In this document: in pieces, positions 13,765 through 31,149 of the stretch
Position numbering within the stretch: position 1 is the first letter of the stretch
Layout of the letters: each line of letters starts with the position of its first letter
Assembly (NCBI RefSeq): GCF_009914755.1
Contig: NC_060928.1
Length of the DNA stretch: 64,000 nucleotides
Direction: 5' to 3' (one strand)
From: the human T2T-CHM13v2.0 reference genome, Homo sapiens
Program-made: the position numbers and the translations under genes
The notes under the pieces: model-generated
Databases searched by the model: none
The model's input: only the letters and a program-made list of their open reading frames with translations
Told to the model about the DNA's origin: nothing

Positions 13765-14270
13765 TATTTGAGTTCCTGTTATTCTTTGCCAAAAAAATAA
13801 AGACCCCAAACTCAACAGCTTAAAACAATTTATTATTACCTTTCATGATCCTGAGAATTGACAGCTTCAGCTAGCGGTTTTGGCCTCAAGTTTTTCGTAT
13901 GGTTGCAGCAGAAGGCATTGAGGCTTCAGTCATTTAAATGCCAGCCAGGGTAGATTTTCAAGTTGTCTCACTCACCTAGACATCACTGACAGTTTATTTT
14001 TGCTAAATAACAGCTAGGAATTCAGCTGTTTTAAAGAGAATTACCTACACATGCCTTCTTCATACGGCTTGAGTTTCCATAGGTTGGCAGCTATGTTTTG
14101 AAAGGAAACACCTTAAGGAGGTAAATCTTGAGAGTGAACATTCCAAGGGGCTTGGGTAGAAACTACAAAGTTGAATAGGACCTATTCTCAGACATTCAAG
14201 AATATCACTGTTTCCATTTATACAGGCCCAGAAAATCACTAAAGATAGCCAATATCCAAGAGCAATTAAT
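13765..14270 (-). mobile_element. MaLR solo LTR, MLT1 family
   Basis: Antisense MLT1 motifs: ccccaaactcaacagcttaaaacaatttattatt...cagctaggaattcagctg...cctacacatgccttcttcatacggcttg. Confidence 0.7.
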
Positions 14271-15343
14271 GTCCATACAATAAATAAAATTAAATAAGTA
14301 AATAAATTTATAGATTTATTAAAATATTGAATTTGATAATTTAGGTGACAGAAATTTGGCCTTTAAAATCACAACAGATAAATTAATCACACTGTAGATT
14401 CACTTTCATTCCTTTTTACATTAGTAGATAGAAATATCAGACTGTAATCTGATTATTTATTACATTATTTTAAATATATCTATCAAAAATGGCCCATAGA
14501 GATGACATGAGAGAGAATAGCAGAGCAAGAACTATCAAATATTCTATCCTCCAAAAAGAAATGTGAATGAGGATACCGGCCAAAAAAATAGTCAAAATCA
14601 ACTTTTTCAGAATTCTGGAAATTAAATGCTTGCAACAATCTGTTGAGCATTTATTCAAGGAAAACAACTGAATTTTGTTAAGAACTGTGCATTTAACAGT
14701 ATTTTAAATTGCTTTCTTCCCATCCTCTTCTCTACAGCTATGGGTTTGGTATGAAAACCAACAGAACCTCAAATGTAGTAAAAACTAGCAACCTAAAAAC
14801 CATGGCAAGTGACAGAATGGGGTTGGACCTCCTCCAAATCCCCATTATCAAATAATATCATTATTTGACCTGTGTGGCTGTTCCTCAGGAAAACATCAGT
14901 TACAAGTCTTGTCTTTATTTTACCTCACTCAGAGACTATCCAGTAAGAGAAGCTTTTTCCCCAGGAATATTTGCTGATGACAATCAGTGACAGGTGTTTA
15001 ACATCATAGCTGCCTGAGGCAGCAATAACAGTTGTGGAAAACAAACTAACAGCAACAACAACACAACAAACCTGGAAAGAAAGAACTGGAAAATGATAAG
15101 AGCAACTGAAAAGCTTAGACATAGTCTTGGGACTCCATAAATCCAATTGTAGTTGAAGGATTTTGCGTATGCCCATAATTGTGTGCACGCGCAAGAAAAA
15201 GTAGAGAAGTTCCTTACCAACCTCACCTCTGGGTGTGTAAGCAAGAAGTGAAGGTTATAGAAGTGTTGCAAACTTCCTGCCTAAACACTGGTCATGTGCC
15301 TCAACATACACACAGAAACCATAATAAAAGGATAGGAGACATA

Positions 15344-17337
<1,994 letters not shown>

Positions 17338-19267
17338 TATTAGTTCCAGTTTTTTAAAGATATCTTGATCCATCATTAGCTGGTTACTAAGCTAGTTGAT
17401 GGAGTCTTCAGTGGCCGCAAAGGACAGAAACCACAGACATAAAAAGACAGTTGAGAAAAATTACTAACCAAAATATTGGCAAATGACAGTAATAATCACC
17501 TACAAAACCAGATTCTGGTGACATAAAGAGAATCCTATTTCCTGAGATGCCACACTATATTATTTAAAATGTCCATTTTTAACAACAAAATGTAAAACAT
17601 ACAAAGTAACAAGTAAGTATGGATAATACGCAGTAACAAAAACAATCAATAGAAATAGTTTCCAAAGAAGCCCAGTGGATTGATTTGCTGGACAATGATT
17701 TTATTTAGATAATAATTTTAATATTCTAAATATTTTCAAAGAAGGAAAGAAAACAATAGTATAAAACAATTAAGCTTAGTCTAAACAAGTAAAGGAAAAT
17801 ATGAGAAGTATGTCTGCCCAAATATAAAATATTAATAAAAAGATATAGATTATTAAAAATCTGAATGGAAAGTTTTTATTTGAAAAGTATAAAAAGATAA
17901 ATAGAGAATATTAGAGATTTTGATAGCAGATTTGAGCTGGTAGAAGAATCAATCCGTAAATTTGAAGAGAGATTAATTAAAATAATCCAGTTTATAAAGC
18001 AAACAAAATTATAGGAAATGAAGAGATCTCAGAAACCTGTGCTCACCCGCAAGTATACCAATAAACATATAACAGGAGTCCTAGGAGTGGAGATTAAGTG
18101 GTGGAAAAATTACTTGAAGAAATAATGGCTGAAAACCTTCAATATTTAATTAAAAACATTGATCTACACATCTAAGAAGCTCGGTGGACTACAAGAAAAA
18201 TAAAGTCAAAGGGATCTGCAAGCAGCCATATCAAAACTGTTGAAAGCCAAAGACAGCTGGAATCTTTAAAGCAGTAAGTGGTGAGTCAACACTCCATTTA
18301 CAAAAAATCTTCAATAAATTTAACAATTTATGTTTCACTGGAAATTTTAATGTTCAGAAAGCAGAGATATCTCATATTCAAAATGCTGCAAGGTGAGATT
18401 GTCAACCTGAAATTCTATCACCAGCAAAACTAACATTGAAAAAATCAAGGAGAAATTTCCAGATAAGCAAAAATTGAGAGAATTTATGGCTGGAGGACCA
18501 GGTCTACAAAAAAAAAAAAAAAATACTAAAGGGAGTCTTTCTGGATGGAAGGAAAGGTCAACAGATACTAACTCAACTGCACATAAATAAATATTACCAG
18601 TAAGATTAGTAACATGTATAAATACACAAGAGGTTTTAAATACTTTGCTTTAATTTTGTCTATTATCTATTTTAAAAGACAACCACAGCAAACAGTAATG
18701 TTAAACCTGTATCAATAAGCAAACAACATAATAATGATATAATTTGTATATCAATAATAGCACAAAGTTGAGGTGAGGATAGAGCATATCTTTGTAAATT
18801 ATAAAGGTGGAAAATCTAGATTATTATAAATTAATATGAAAATTATAATCCCCAAATCAACCATTTAAAACTAAATAAAATAATGTACAGTAAAATAAAA
18901 AAAGATCTTTTGAAGATATATAAAAATTTATAAAAAAAGAATATCATAAAAAAGAGGTATACAAAAGTGAGACAAATAGAAAACCATTTGCTAAATTACA
19001 GAAATAACTTCAAACTTTCCAGTAATTATATTTAATATCAATCAATTAGACATCTCATTAACAAGGCACAGATTAATAGAATGGATTTAAAAATTTGATC
19101 CAAATATATGCTGTCTTCAAAATATTCACTTTACATTCAAAGACACAAGTTTGTGAAAAGTCAATGGATAAATAATATAAAATGGATGAATTCTATTGAA
19201 ATAGAAATATATGTATGCACACCGTAAACAAAAGAAAACTGGAGTAAATACACCAGTGTTAGATAAG

Positions 19268-19299
19268 ACATTAGTAAACATTAGTAAAACATTAGTAAA
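19268..19299. repeat. Short tandem repeat acattagtaa(a) x3
   Basis: Read directly from the sequence. Confidence 0.85.
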
Positions 19300-19373
19300 A
19301 AATTATAACTAGAAACAAAATAATCATTTTATAATGCTAAAAGTGTTAATACGTTAAGAACCATTAAAAATTA

Positions 19374-19772
<399 letters not shown>

Positions 19773-20894
19773 TCAATGTCCTACTTCCCATAATCATTAT
19801 AACAAGTCCAAAGAGCAATAATGAAATGGAGTACTTGAACAACAGTATAAACCAGTGAGGCCTAACAGGCAACTATAGAACACTTCACCCATAATAGCAA
19901 AATATACATTCTTCTCAAGTATGCCAAAAATATTCTCCAGAAAAGAACATAAGCTAGGCCATAAACAAACCTTAATAAATATAAAAGCTTTCAAATCATG
20001 TAAAGTATGTTCTTCAACTATAGTAGAAATAAATCATTAAACAATAACAGAAACAAATTTAGAAAATTAAAAATATCAAAAAATTTTCAAAAATCCCCCC
20101 CTAAATAACTAATACTTCAAAAATAAATCACAAGATTGTTTAAGTAATATTTAGAGACAAATGAAAATGAAACACAACATGCCAGAACTTATACAAGGAA
20201 GCTTTGAACACTGTTATTAGATGTAAATATTATAATGAAAATGAGAAAAATATCATATCAACTACCAATGGTTTCACCTTAAGAAATTAAAAACAGAACA
20301 AACTAAATCTGAAGCGAGCAGAATAAAGGGAATAATACAGATTGGAATAGAAATAAATAAAATAGAATATAGAAAAGCATTAGACAAAAACAATGAACCC
20401 AAAACTTTGTTTCTTAAAAAGATGAACAAAATTGACAACCTTTAACTATATTAGGTGGGAGAAAAGTAGAGAAGAGTCAGATTACTAAAATGAAGGATGA
20501 AAGACAGAACATTACTATAGCTCTTATAGAAATAAAAAGAGTATGAATAATTTTAAGTAAAAATTAATCTCAATAAAATGAGCAAATGGTTAAGACACAA
20601 CCTACCAAAACTGAATAAAAAAGAAAGTATGAATAATTCCATATCAATGAAAGTCATTGTATTAACAATGATAACTTAAAAAATTTTCAACAGAGTAGCC
20701 CAGGACAAGATGGGTTCACTTTGAATTTTACAAATGTTCGAGGAAGAGTTAACACTGATATATTACAATCTCTTTCAGAAAGTAGAAGAGGAGGGAACAC
20801 TTTCTATGAAGCCAGCATTACCCTGATCCCAAAGTCAAGAGAAGACATTACAAGAAAAGACAATACAAAAAAAAATCCATCAACAAAGTAATAA

Positions 20895-21200
<306 letters not shown>

Positions 21201-21599
21201 AACATTTTTTTCTATAAGAATATTTCCAACCCCCATCTGTTAGTAATTTCACTTACCTTACAATGCTTTTAATACTGCAAATATTTATTTTTCCATGCTA
21301 TTATATATGTATATACACATATATATAATTTGAATTATAGAAAAATGGTAGTATTTAAAGCTGACTTTAAATCTATATAAATTTAGATATAACTATTTCT
21401 TTTAGTGATCTATTGTTAATGTTTCTTCATACATCTAGTTCTAAATATCTACATATATAGATATCTAAATATCTACACTCAAAGTTTAAATAATTTTACT
21501 AAATTTGGTTATGATAGTTTGCGTTTTTGACTGAGACACAAAAAATCAAATAAAATATTGTGGTATTTATATAAAAATAATTAAACATATCCATATTTT

Positions 21600-21795
21600 G
21601 AAGTCAGATCTGAGTTGCTTCCTGGCTTTATTTTTATTATTTTTTTGACTTTAGATGATTATTTAATCATTTTCTTACCCTTGTAACATAGGCGCAAGAA
21701 TATCTACAACATAATAGTTTTAAGCAGTTAAATAAACAAAATTGAAAGGCACTTGAATGCAATGCCTGTCAAAGAGTGGGGATTAGTAAGCAATG
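21600..21795 (+). mobile_element. MIR fragment
   Basis: aagtcagatctgagttg...tgactttagatgattatttaatc...aaaggcacttgaatgcaatgcctg. Confidence 0.5.
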
Positions 21796-23439
21796 GTAAG
21801 TACATCAGCAAAATGGTACTGCTTTGAGAACCATTTATACAATTAACTTCTGGGCTTGCTAAAAATCCAGATTTCTATGACACCTCCTCAAATTCTGATT
21901 CATATAGGGAAGGAGGAAAAGAACAAAAATTTGTATTTTGGACTTGTATCTTTGAGCTCATTTTTATGTTTATTATATCCTAATTCCTATGATTCCTAAG
22001 AACTAAAAATTATGTTTCCAGAATTATAGATAAAGTATTATTGCAATATGCTTCATTTTGCTGCTATCTGTTATCTAAAAAGTACTTTTTTTATTTTTTC
22101 TTTTGTATAGTAGCTAATATATTCACTTAAGTGATTTCATCATCAGTTCAGTCCTTAAAATGATGGTTCACAAATCCTGGAACACTTAACTTCTACTTAG
22201 CCGTACACTGCTAGCAATATAATCTTTTGAGCATCTGCATTTTTAACAAACTTCTCATTAATTCATTTTAATTTGCCATTATTCACAAATCACTACTTAG
22301 GATATTTAGGCATGATACCAACTTGAAAATATTTATAAAATATGATCACATGTACTCCCTACTGTCATAAGATATCTGTAAAAGACTCTAATAAAATTTA
22401 TTCTGCACAAATTAAACAAGAGAAGTAGCAAATCTTCAAACCAAGAACAATCAAATTAAAAATTATTTTGTTGGTAAGAAATTGGTTAACACAGAACCTT
22501 GCATTGATGTGTTATGGTTGTGAGACAAAAAGGTATATTATCTGTTTAAAATTTGCATAAGAACCTTAGCAACATAACTTAGTTCTTTATAAGCAATTTC
22601 AAGGAGATCACTATGAAAATTCAATTTTAAAATGACTCTGTTAACACATTAATGAAAGGATTTCAATTTATTTTATCTAATGGGGTCAAAACACAAGTAA
22701 GATATTAGATTCTGGAGTTGTAGCAATATTTTATGATAGTCTTCTTTTTCAAAACCCTGTGTGCCAAATTAAATCTTGGAAGAAAATTGATGTACCCTTA
22801 GATTCTATAATGATTGACTTGGCCACGGGCAAGCTGCTTACGGTAGATAGTTATAAATGAAAGTTGATTGCCCAGCTGTTGCTGGCACAAAAAGGGACTG
22901 TATCACTGAGCAATAGTTTCACTTCTCTACCCCAGCTTTTCTATTTTTGGCAGTTTGATGATGTTTTTGATTTTTTAAAGACATTTTTTGATAAAATTCT
23001 TAAATGTATACACATTTAAATTTAGGCACAACTGATTAAAGATAGAATACACTTCTTCAAAATGAGAAGTATAGGTTATTCAATACTTGTTATGATAATA
23101 ATCTATAATATTTATGGGCAAATGATTCACTTATATGTGTAGGATCTAATAAGCAATCAGCATCATTAACAGAAATCAACATTATTTGAATTTTATTTAT
23201 TTTCACAAATCAAATTATGAGTATGATATAAAATTTCCTATAATAATATTTTTGTCTTCTCAAGTAAAAACTAAACTTTAGTGGAATAGATACAGAAATT
23301 AAATGTGAAACATTACAGTATACAATGAATAAAGCAGTTTGAGGACTGTATGCATTAATGAACTTCAAAATCAATTTGATGTCATTATGGCTTAATGTTT
23401 ATAAAATTATTCATTTAGTATACCTTTTACATTTAATTG

Positions 23440-24870
23440 CCTTGGTTAACCTGCTTTGTAACAAAATACTCTCAAACCTAGTAGTTTTAAACAATTTATT
23501 TGGTTTCAGATTTTTGTGGGTTGGCAATTTGGGTTGGCTCAGGTAGGCATTTCTTCTATGTACCTCAGCTGACTCACCGATGCTTCTGCTATCCGATGCC
23601 AATCACCTGAGGAGTGCACTGCTTTTGTTTGTTTGTTTGTTTGTTTTGTTTTTTAGAGAAGCCTCAGCTGTTTAGCCTCATCTCTGCTCCGTGATGATTC
23701 TCATCTGCCAGAAGGTTAGCAGCTTTATATGGTTCTGTGTTTCCCAAGAGCAACAGCTAACCTCTCCTAAAGCATACGCATTTTTAAGCCTCTGCTTGTG
23801 TCACATTTGCTTATTGCCTCATAGGCAAAGCAAATCACATGGATAATCTTAAAGTCACTAGGAGAAGTCATGACTGAAGGACATGAAACAAGAATGGAAA
23901 ACTTTTGCAGCCACTTTTCGAATCTACCACAGTCCAACCTCTGGCCACAAATTACCCACAATTTTTCCACATAAAAAATATTCTCATTGCCATCCTAGGA
24001 CTTTCAAAAGTCTCATGAAATCATGGTATCAACCTTGAAGTTCAGAATTTCATGACCTTCAATTGTGTTCAAGAAGGTAGCTCCTTGAATACACCTACTC
24101 TTCATCCTCAAAGTTACAAACTAAGATATTTTCTGACTGTGACTCACCCAATATAAATGTCGAGGAGATTACCTGTAAGGGACACTCTTATTCCCATAAA
24201 AGCTGCTGCTCTTCAATGTTCTGAAATCCAACTGGGTACACTGCAAGGTTTATCTGTTCTGGGGAAAAATAATACATTTTCATTAGGCTTTTATTTTGCT
24301 CACTGGAAGGGGCTTCTCTCACCATTCTTTGAGCCTCTTGGCTCTGCCCTCTGATTTATTAACTCTTTTGCAAGACTTCCTTTATTTTTCCTAAGAAATG
24401 GTTTATAATGCTGCTAAATAGTTTTGTCAGTGTGCTTTCTGCTTGTAAACATTTGGGGGTCCGGAGACCTTCTCACAGTTTGAGTTAACTTGGACCCCTT
24501 TAGTCCAAGCTGTTGGCCCTCTTGCTACATCAACTTTTTAGTCAAGGCTGCATGTTTCAAGTTTTTGTTTTTCACAGTAGTCCTTCAGTTTTAGATATCA
24601 AAGTTTTTAAATAAATTTTCTGAAACTCTGTGCTAAACAAAACTAGCTGGTTTAAGCATGAATCCAATAAAAAATCATGGATTATCAGTTTGGGTTGGGT
24701 TCAGCTGCGTGACTCTCCTGCTCATTTCAGCCAGGCTCACTCATGTCTTTAAGTTATCCAGCTGGCTTAGATTTGGCTGGTCCCACAGCTGCTACAGCTT
24801 ACCTATTCTCTGCAAGTTACATTTTCTTCCAGCAGACTATCCCAGGCTTTTTCACATGGTGATGGATGTC
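23440..24870 (-). mobile_element. MaLR MLT1 element: LTR (~23440-23931), internal (~23932-24640) and partial second LTR (~24640-24870)
   Basis: First LTR ends ...cagccacttttcgaatctaccaca and is followed by the MLT-int/PPT-like gtccaacctctggccac. The shared motif (c)a(a/g)tttgggttgg(c/g)..cag recurs at ~23525 and ~24686. Confidence 0.7.
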
Positions 24871-26679
24871 CCTGTCTCAGATTGGTTTTCCAGAATTAAA
24901 TTCACACATGGGTTGTAGGGTGCAAATTATTTATTTGTTGCTATCTTCTATTAAAAAAAAGAGCACAAAAAATAAAAACACATTTGGAAAGAGGGAGAAG
25001 GCAAACTTTGAAACAGTACCAACAAATCCTTGCTCCAGTCTATTAGGATCTCTAAGGTAAGTAGACTATCCAAAAGGGTTCACCTCCAGCAGCATGAATC
25101 ACTGCAGCTGAGGCAGGCTCTGAAGGAGCTGATAGCTTTAGATTGTTTGCTAACTGCACTACCTGAAGTTGTACAGGAAGTCTTTCCTTGAAGACTGAGA
25201 GATGCTTCTCCAAGGTAAGCCTACATTTGCTTCTCAAATGTAGCCTATTACATTTCCTAAAGCTAGCAGCAAACAAGTCACGAGATCGAATTGGCTAATA
25301 TTTCAGTGCTCTAAATGAAATCACATGGTTAAATGATACAACAACAAAGGAGGTGGGCACAAAGAAAGGATGAATTTGGGGCAATTTTTGCAAATTACTA
25401 TACTGTGGTTCTATATTGTAACTTTCAGTGGCATCTTGCATTAAAAATAAACAAACAAATGCATATCACTATATTCTTATGTTGAAAATTAACTTTGTTC
25501 TCCCTTAAATATTTAAAAAGTAAAAAATAAGAAACTCAGGTGTTTAAAAACTGTGAGAGTAAACCTTAACAAATCCAGGAAACCAGCTATGTGTAACACT
25601 ATTTTGATGAAGCCGAAGATTAACAGATACTTTCTCACAAAATTTAGAGCACTTTGAATAGTAGGTCCCAATGACATATATTTTAGATATCAAAATATTT
25701 TCAACTAGAGATTGCATTTTTTATTATGATGTTAAGATGATTTAGAGTTGAGTATCATCTAAATACTGTTTTCCTGATAAGGCTCACCATTTTCTATTTG
25801 GCTTCTATTTAACTTTCTCTTCCCAACCAAGAGCACTTTTAAATTCCTGACAGAAGGCTCAGAAAACAGAAGCAGCTTATACTCTGTTCTGTTTATGGCA
25901 CTTTTTGAAAGACATATTCATGAGTTGGCAGAGACAGAGGCCAAGGCAGCCCAGCATAGCTGTTGATCATGTCTTAGCAAATGATGAGAGCCCTAAGGCA
26001 TTAAGAATGTTCAAGCATTAATAGTGGTTTTCCCACAAAGCAGTTCTATAAACTGGCATTTTGGCAAAGTTAGCACATCTTGCTTATTCTTTCAATAATT
26101 GCTTCTAAAACTTCATTATAAGTACAAAATATTAATCAGTTACTCACAATTAGATGTAAATGTCAGGCTTCTAACATAAATAAAATTTATTAATAGATTG
26201 CATTGATAACATTTTTATTACAATGCAAATAATAAAATTGTATACTTTGGATTCTAGCTATAAAATTATTTTAAATGGTTAATTTTGTTTTCTGAAAGTA
26301 TCAACTGTTCAAATGACTGTAATTTTGCTATAGAAAATGTCCTATAAATAATATAAAGGAAAATTTAGCATTCCTAAATTTTATAGGAAAGCGATCTCAA
26401 ATTTTTCACAACTTTATAATACAATGACTACAGTATTTCAGAGTGATTATTATATGAGTCTCACAGAAAATTAACTTCTTGCATGAAAGGGACCATAATG
26501 AGTCTGATTTTAAAACTGCCGTTTGAGCATCAGTCAGTGTAGGAAAACACTGCTATGGGGTTTTAGTTACATATCTTATTTCAGTTATTTAACTCAAAAG
26601 CATTGTTAGACCTAATATTCTTACAAATTGCCCCAAACATATGAACGTATGCCAACACATCATGTTTTTGTTAACTCAA

Positions 26680-26705
26680 TTTTTTTTTTTTTTTTTTTTT
26701 TTTTT
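26680..26705 (+). repeat. Poly(T) run, ~26 nt
   Basis: Read directly from the sequence. Confidence 0.9.
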
Positions 26706-27059
26706 ACTATGACCCTGGTATACAAACCAAAGATACACTGATCGAATCATCTCCAGAGTTCATTACGGTAGCTTGGATGACAGAATCAAGTTTCAAATTA
26801 ATTTCTGTTGGTTGAGATAAAGGCTGGTTCAAAAAAAAAACCAGCTATTTACAAGATGTGAGATGCATGGCTTATGATTACAAATATAAAATAGGACATT
26901 TGATATATTGAACATACTCTATGAATATTATTTTAAATATAGAATATATTATGAGATAGAAACAGAAACATTATTTTTTCTTCGTCTCTGCTGCCCACTT
27001 ACATTGTTTCTGTATAGCCTTTATTTCTCTAATGCTAAATGAAATCGTAAGACATTTCT

Positions 27060-28000
27060 CTAGGATTCCATCCAGGTGATATGGAGGCGCCATACAGAGC
27101 CCTGCCTCTCCCACTGAATGTAACAATCATCTATGGACGGAATGAATGGGGAGGGTATTTGAGGATTTTGAAAAGTAAAGAAGCTGCTGGACAAGAGAAG
27201 GCACCAAAACTCAAAGTGCCACTAATCTGCTTATTTTTTATTTTCCTCTCTAACCACTCTAGTCCTCCACATGAACTTAGCTTAGTTGGAGACCTTGGAT
27301 AGCAAAGCTTGGTACAGATAGAAAGCTCCAAGAGATGCCTTCTACTTCTGCCTAAAGCAACAGGGAACTGAATGCCTAAAGCTCAGAGTAAATGGGCAAA
27401 TTTTCCTGTATTTTTAAATTTGTTATGTCTTGTACGTTTTTCTTTTCTCACATGCCTCAGACCCTAGAATTCCACTGGCAGTGGGTGAGCAGCAGAGACA
27501 GAAACAATACATTACTACAGGCTAACAGTAATTGAAACAATGAGAGATTTCTCATCAGAAGCCAAGTAGTATAAGAAGGAACCCACACAAAATATTTAAA
27601 ATACTGAAAGTAAAGAATTCTCGGTGCTAAATTCTATAGACACAGTAAATATCTCTCAGAAATAAAGGTGTAATAAAGGTATTTTCAGAGAAGAAAAATT
27701 CATAAGACTAAGAGAATTCATAGTCAGCACATAGGCTATGAAATTATTGCTAGAGAATAAAGTAAATTCTTCAGACAGAAGATAAGTAATACCAGAAGGA
27801 AACCTAGTACACAAAAATATAAAGAAGGAAGGAAAAGCAACTGTAAATATTTAAGCAATATTTATTATATATGTATGTCTGACAGGATTTTCTATATAAT
27901 ATAGATGTAATATATAAGAAAACTATAGCATAAATTGGAAAGGGTAAAGGGAATTATATTGCAGTAAGGTTTCCACATTTAAAATGTAGAACATTAAAAT
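27060..28000 (+). mobile_element. Very old L1ME-type 5'/ORF1 fragments
   Basis: ORF1-like relics gatttctcatcagaag...aatatttaaaatactgaaag...attctatagacacagtaaatatctctcagaaataaaggtg...actaagagaattcatagtcagca. Confidence 0.6.
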
Positions 28001-28249
28001 ATATATTCAAAATATTACATCCATGTATATGTATATATACATATATATGTACAATATGGCATTTTATAAGGTCCATCAAGTTCACTTATTCAATAACAGC
28101 AATAATTATATGATGCTACACACTGGAGTAGCACTACATTTTATCAAAGAAGACAAAGTTACAGAGCTAAAATTCTAGGGGTTGATATAGTAATTAAGTA
28201 ATTGATTATCTGTAAATCATTTATTTATAGTTATATTTTTCCAAGATGC

Positions 28250-28810
28250 CATCATACAATTTTTTGACCTAGAAATCCTCATTCAAGGAATAGAACCTAT
28301 GGGTAGATTTGCAGGTATATAATAATATATGCAGGGCTATTTTTTGCACCATCCTTGACTGTATCATTGTTTCTGATAGCAAAATGATGTTGAAACAAGA
28401 TGTTCATCTATAGAAGACAGAGTAAATTATTATTATATAACCATAAAACATCTTTGTAGCTGAAATAATAAGGGATGTTTTCATATTGATATGAATTGGT
28501 CACTAAGATATGCAGACATAAAAGATGTAAAGAGATATATTAAAAATCAAAGTACCTAACATTGTTAATAATATACCACCATTGGTGTTTAAGCTGGAAA
28601 AGGGAGTATATGTGTTGGCTTGAATGTGCATAAAATAGTCTCAAAACGTTCTTCAAATACTCTATGTTATAATTTGCATTTACATATAGGACTGATAATA
28701 AGGGGTACAATGACTGGAGCTAGATTTTCACAATATATTATTTTGCAAATTTTAAGTTTGGAAACATGAAGTGCATTAATACAAAAAAACACATAAATAA
28801 AAATTTAAAA
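28250..28810 (+). mobile_element. Very old L1ME 3' end
   Basis: tttgacctagaaatcctcattcaaggaat...cattgtttctgatagcaaaa...atgttcatctatagaagac. Confidence 0.55.
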
Positions 28811-29126
28811 ATTATAATTTTGAGAAGGAGTTGCAGAGTGCCGGGTGTTCATCTCTTTTTGTTGTTGTATATTTTTCTGTTTTGTCAGTGGTGTGAAACA
28901 TTGGAGAGAATATATGTCAGTGCACCCTAATGAGAGGTGAGAGAAGAACCCCCTGTCAGAGATCCTTCTAATTACATCCTCTCCCCTTACCTCATTCCAA
29001 CAGACTATAGTGAAAAGCTGGTCCCTGATATTGATACAAGTGTTTATACCCTTAGGTAAAGAACAATTGTAATAAATAGGCTCAGAGGAATCTTGAGAGT
29101 AAAATATGAATCCCTTCCTAAAGATA

Positions 29127-29517
29127 AGTATAGTTTGAAGTCAGGTGGCATGATGCCTCCAGCTTTATTTATTTATTTATTTTTGCTTAGGATTATCTTG
29201 GCTATCTGGGCTCTTTGTTGGTTTCATATGAAATTTGAAGTAGTTATTTTTCCAATTCTGTGAAGAAAGTCAATGGTAGCTTGATGGGGATAGCATTGAA
29301 TCTATAAATTACTTTGGGCAGTATGGCCATTTTCACTATATTGATTCTTCCTATCCATGAGCATGGAATTTTCTTTTTCCATTTGTTTGTATCCTCTCTT
29401 GTTTCCTTGAGCAGTAGTTTGTAGTTCTCCTTGAAGAGGCCCTTCACATCCCTTGTAAGCTGTATTCCTAGGTATTTTATACTCTTTGTAGCAATGGTGA
29501 ATGGGAGTTCACTCATG
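29127..29517 (-). mobile_element. Isolated internal L1PA ORF2 fragment (no 3'UTR, no poly(A))
   Basis: ORF 29244-29546 encodes [25 protein letters not shown]...[32 protein letters not shown]. Homologous to 47108-47486 in this window. Confidence 0.95.
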
Positions 29518-30699
29518 GTATATAAGCACTTTTCTAATAGTGCCATAAAGCATTATTTTTATTTAAGTTATACAAATTATGAAGCAATTAAAAGCATGAG
29601 TGTGCGACCAAAATTTTCCTGATTTTTTGATTCTATGAAATATTTAAATATAAGAAAATTGTTGTGCTGTATTACCCTTGCTTTAACTCTCTTATACAGA
29701 TGAATACTGGAAAGATTTGAATAATAAGCAGAAAAGAAATTGTTAATATGATAACATTATAAAATAGTTTGTGGAATCATAGTAATTATACTCTTTAAAA
29801 TGCAGAGGAACTTTTCTTCTCTAGGGACAATGGGCATTGGTAGTTGAAAATAGAATTTGACATCCAAATATCCTAGGAAACTTAAAGTGATTCCAGGTAC
29901 CGGTTGTACATAGTGATATTGCAATGAACATTTTAATGTTTTAAATATTTCTAATAGAATTTTCTTATAATCAATTTAATATTTACAGCATTAGGGGTGT
30001 CTGAATCTAGTTAAAAATCATATTTGGCCTTCTCATATAGCAGCAGATGCACTATTTGCATAAATAGAATGTTATATGTGAGCTTGTGTTTTTGGATGCC
30101 GCTGGATTTATAGCACTAAATAGTGTTTTAAGCAGATGGAAAAGAAAGTCTGCTGATGTAATAGATGTCAAGGTAAAAAAGCATTAATTTAGTTCTATTT
30201 AAAAATAGTAAATGTTTTTACAGTTACTCTCATATACTTTTGGATATATGAATGTATTCCTTCACTCATGGATGTATAAATCTTATATAGATAATTTGAG
30301 AAATAAATAAATGGCTTTAGTATTAATAATCCTTTCAAAACCCAGAGTGTTTTACACCTTAAATATATTAAATAATTTTATAAATCTATGTTTTTGTCTA
30401 ATTCAATGTGAATAACACATTTGAACTCTTTGGTAACCACATATTAGTACTGGCTTAGGTTACAGATACCATCTTTCAACATCATAATTATATTTTAACT
30501 TAATTAATTTGAATTCATCATAACTACAGGCTTAATAACTTTTTAGAATGTATGATATTGTTATGTATATTCTTGGCATAAAAACACCTTCAGAGGAAAA
30601 GAAGTTAGAAAACAAGTTTTCTGTTTAAAATATGATACTGACCCATTTATCTTGTGAATGTTTACATCATTTAATTATAATACATCAATTAGAGACATG

Positions 30700-30860
30700 C
30701 ACCATAGTGGAATAAGCATAGCTTTGAGTCAAGTATTCTTGAATTAAAATTTGTGCTCTATACTGATTATATGGCTAGACACAGAAAAGTGAATTAGCTC
30801 TGTTTTCTCAGAGGCATTAAAATGGATGATAAAGCTACCTCACAATCTTGTTGAAATTTT
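30700..30860 (+). mobile_element. MIR fragment
   Basis: catagtggaataagcatagctttgagtc...ctctgttttctca...aaaatggatgataaagctacctcaca. Confidence 0.55.
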
Positions 30861-31009
30861 GTAATTATATATTCATGTATATATATAGCATGCATTTATA
30901 TGTAGTTATATTTATACATACACATATATAATTACAAAATATATGTATAATTGCATATATACTCACAAATACATATATAATATGTATAAGTAATATAGAA
31001 ATAATATCT

Positions 31010-31140
31010 TTTCAGGAAGATGTGCATAGATTATATGAAAACACTACATCATTTTATTTTAAAGATTTGAGCATCAACAAATTTTGGTATCTGCATAGGT
31101 CCTGGAACCAATCCCTCACTGATACTGAGATATGATTGTA
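31010..31140. mobile_element. MER2 (Tigger-family MITE) terminal fragment
   Basis: gatgtgcatagattatatgaaaacactacatcattttat...ttgagcatc...attttggtatctgcataggtcctggaaccaatccctcactgatactgag...tgta. Confidence 0.8.
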
Positions 31141-31149
31141 TTCTGGTGC

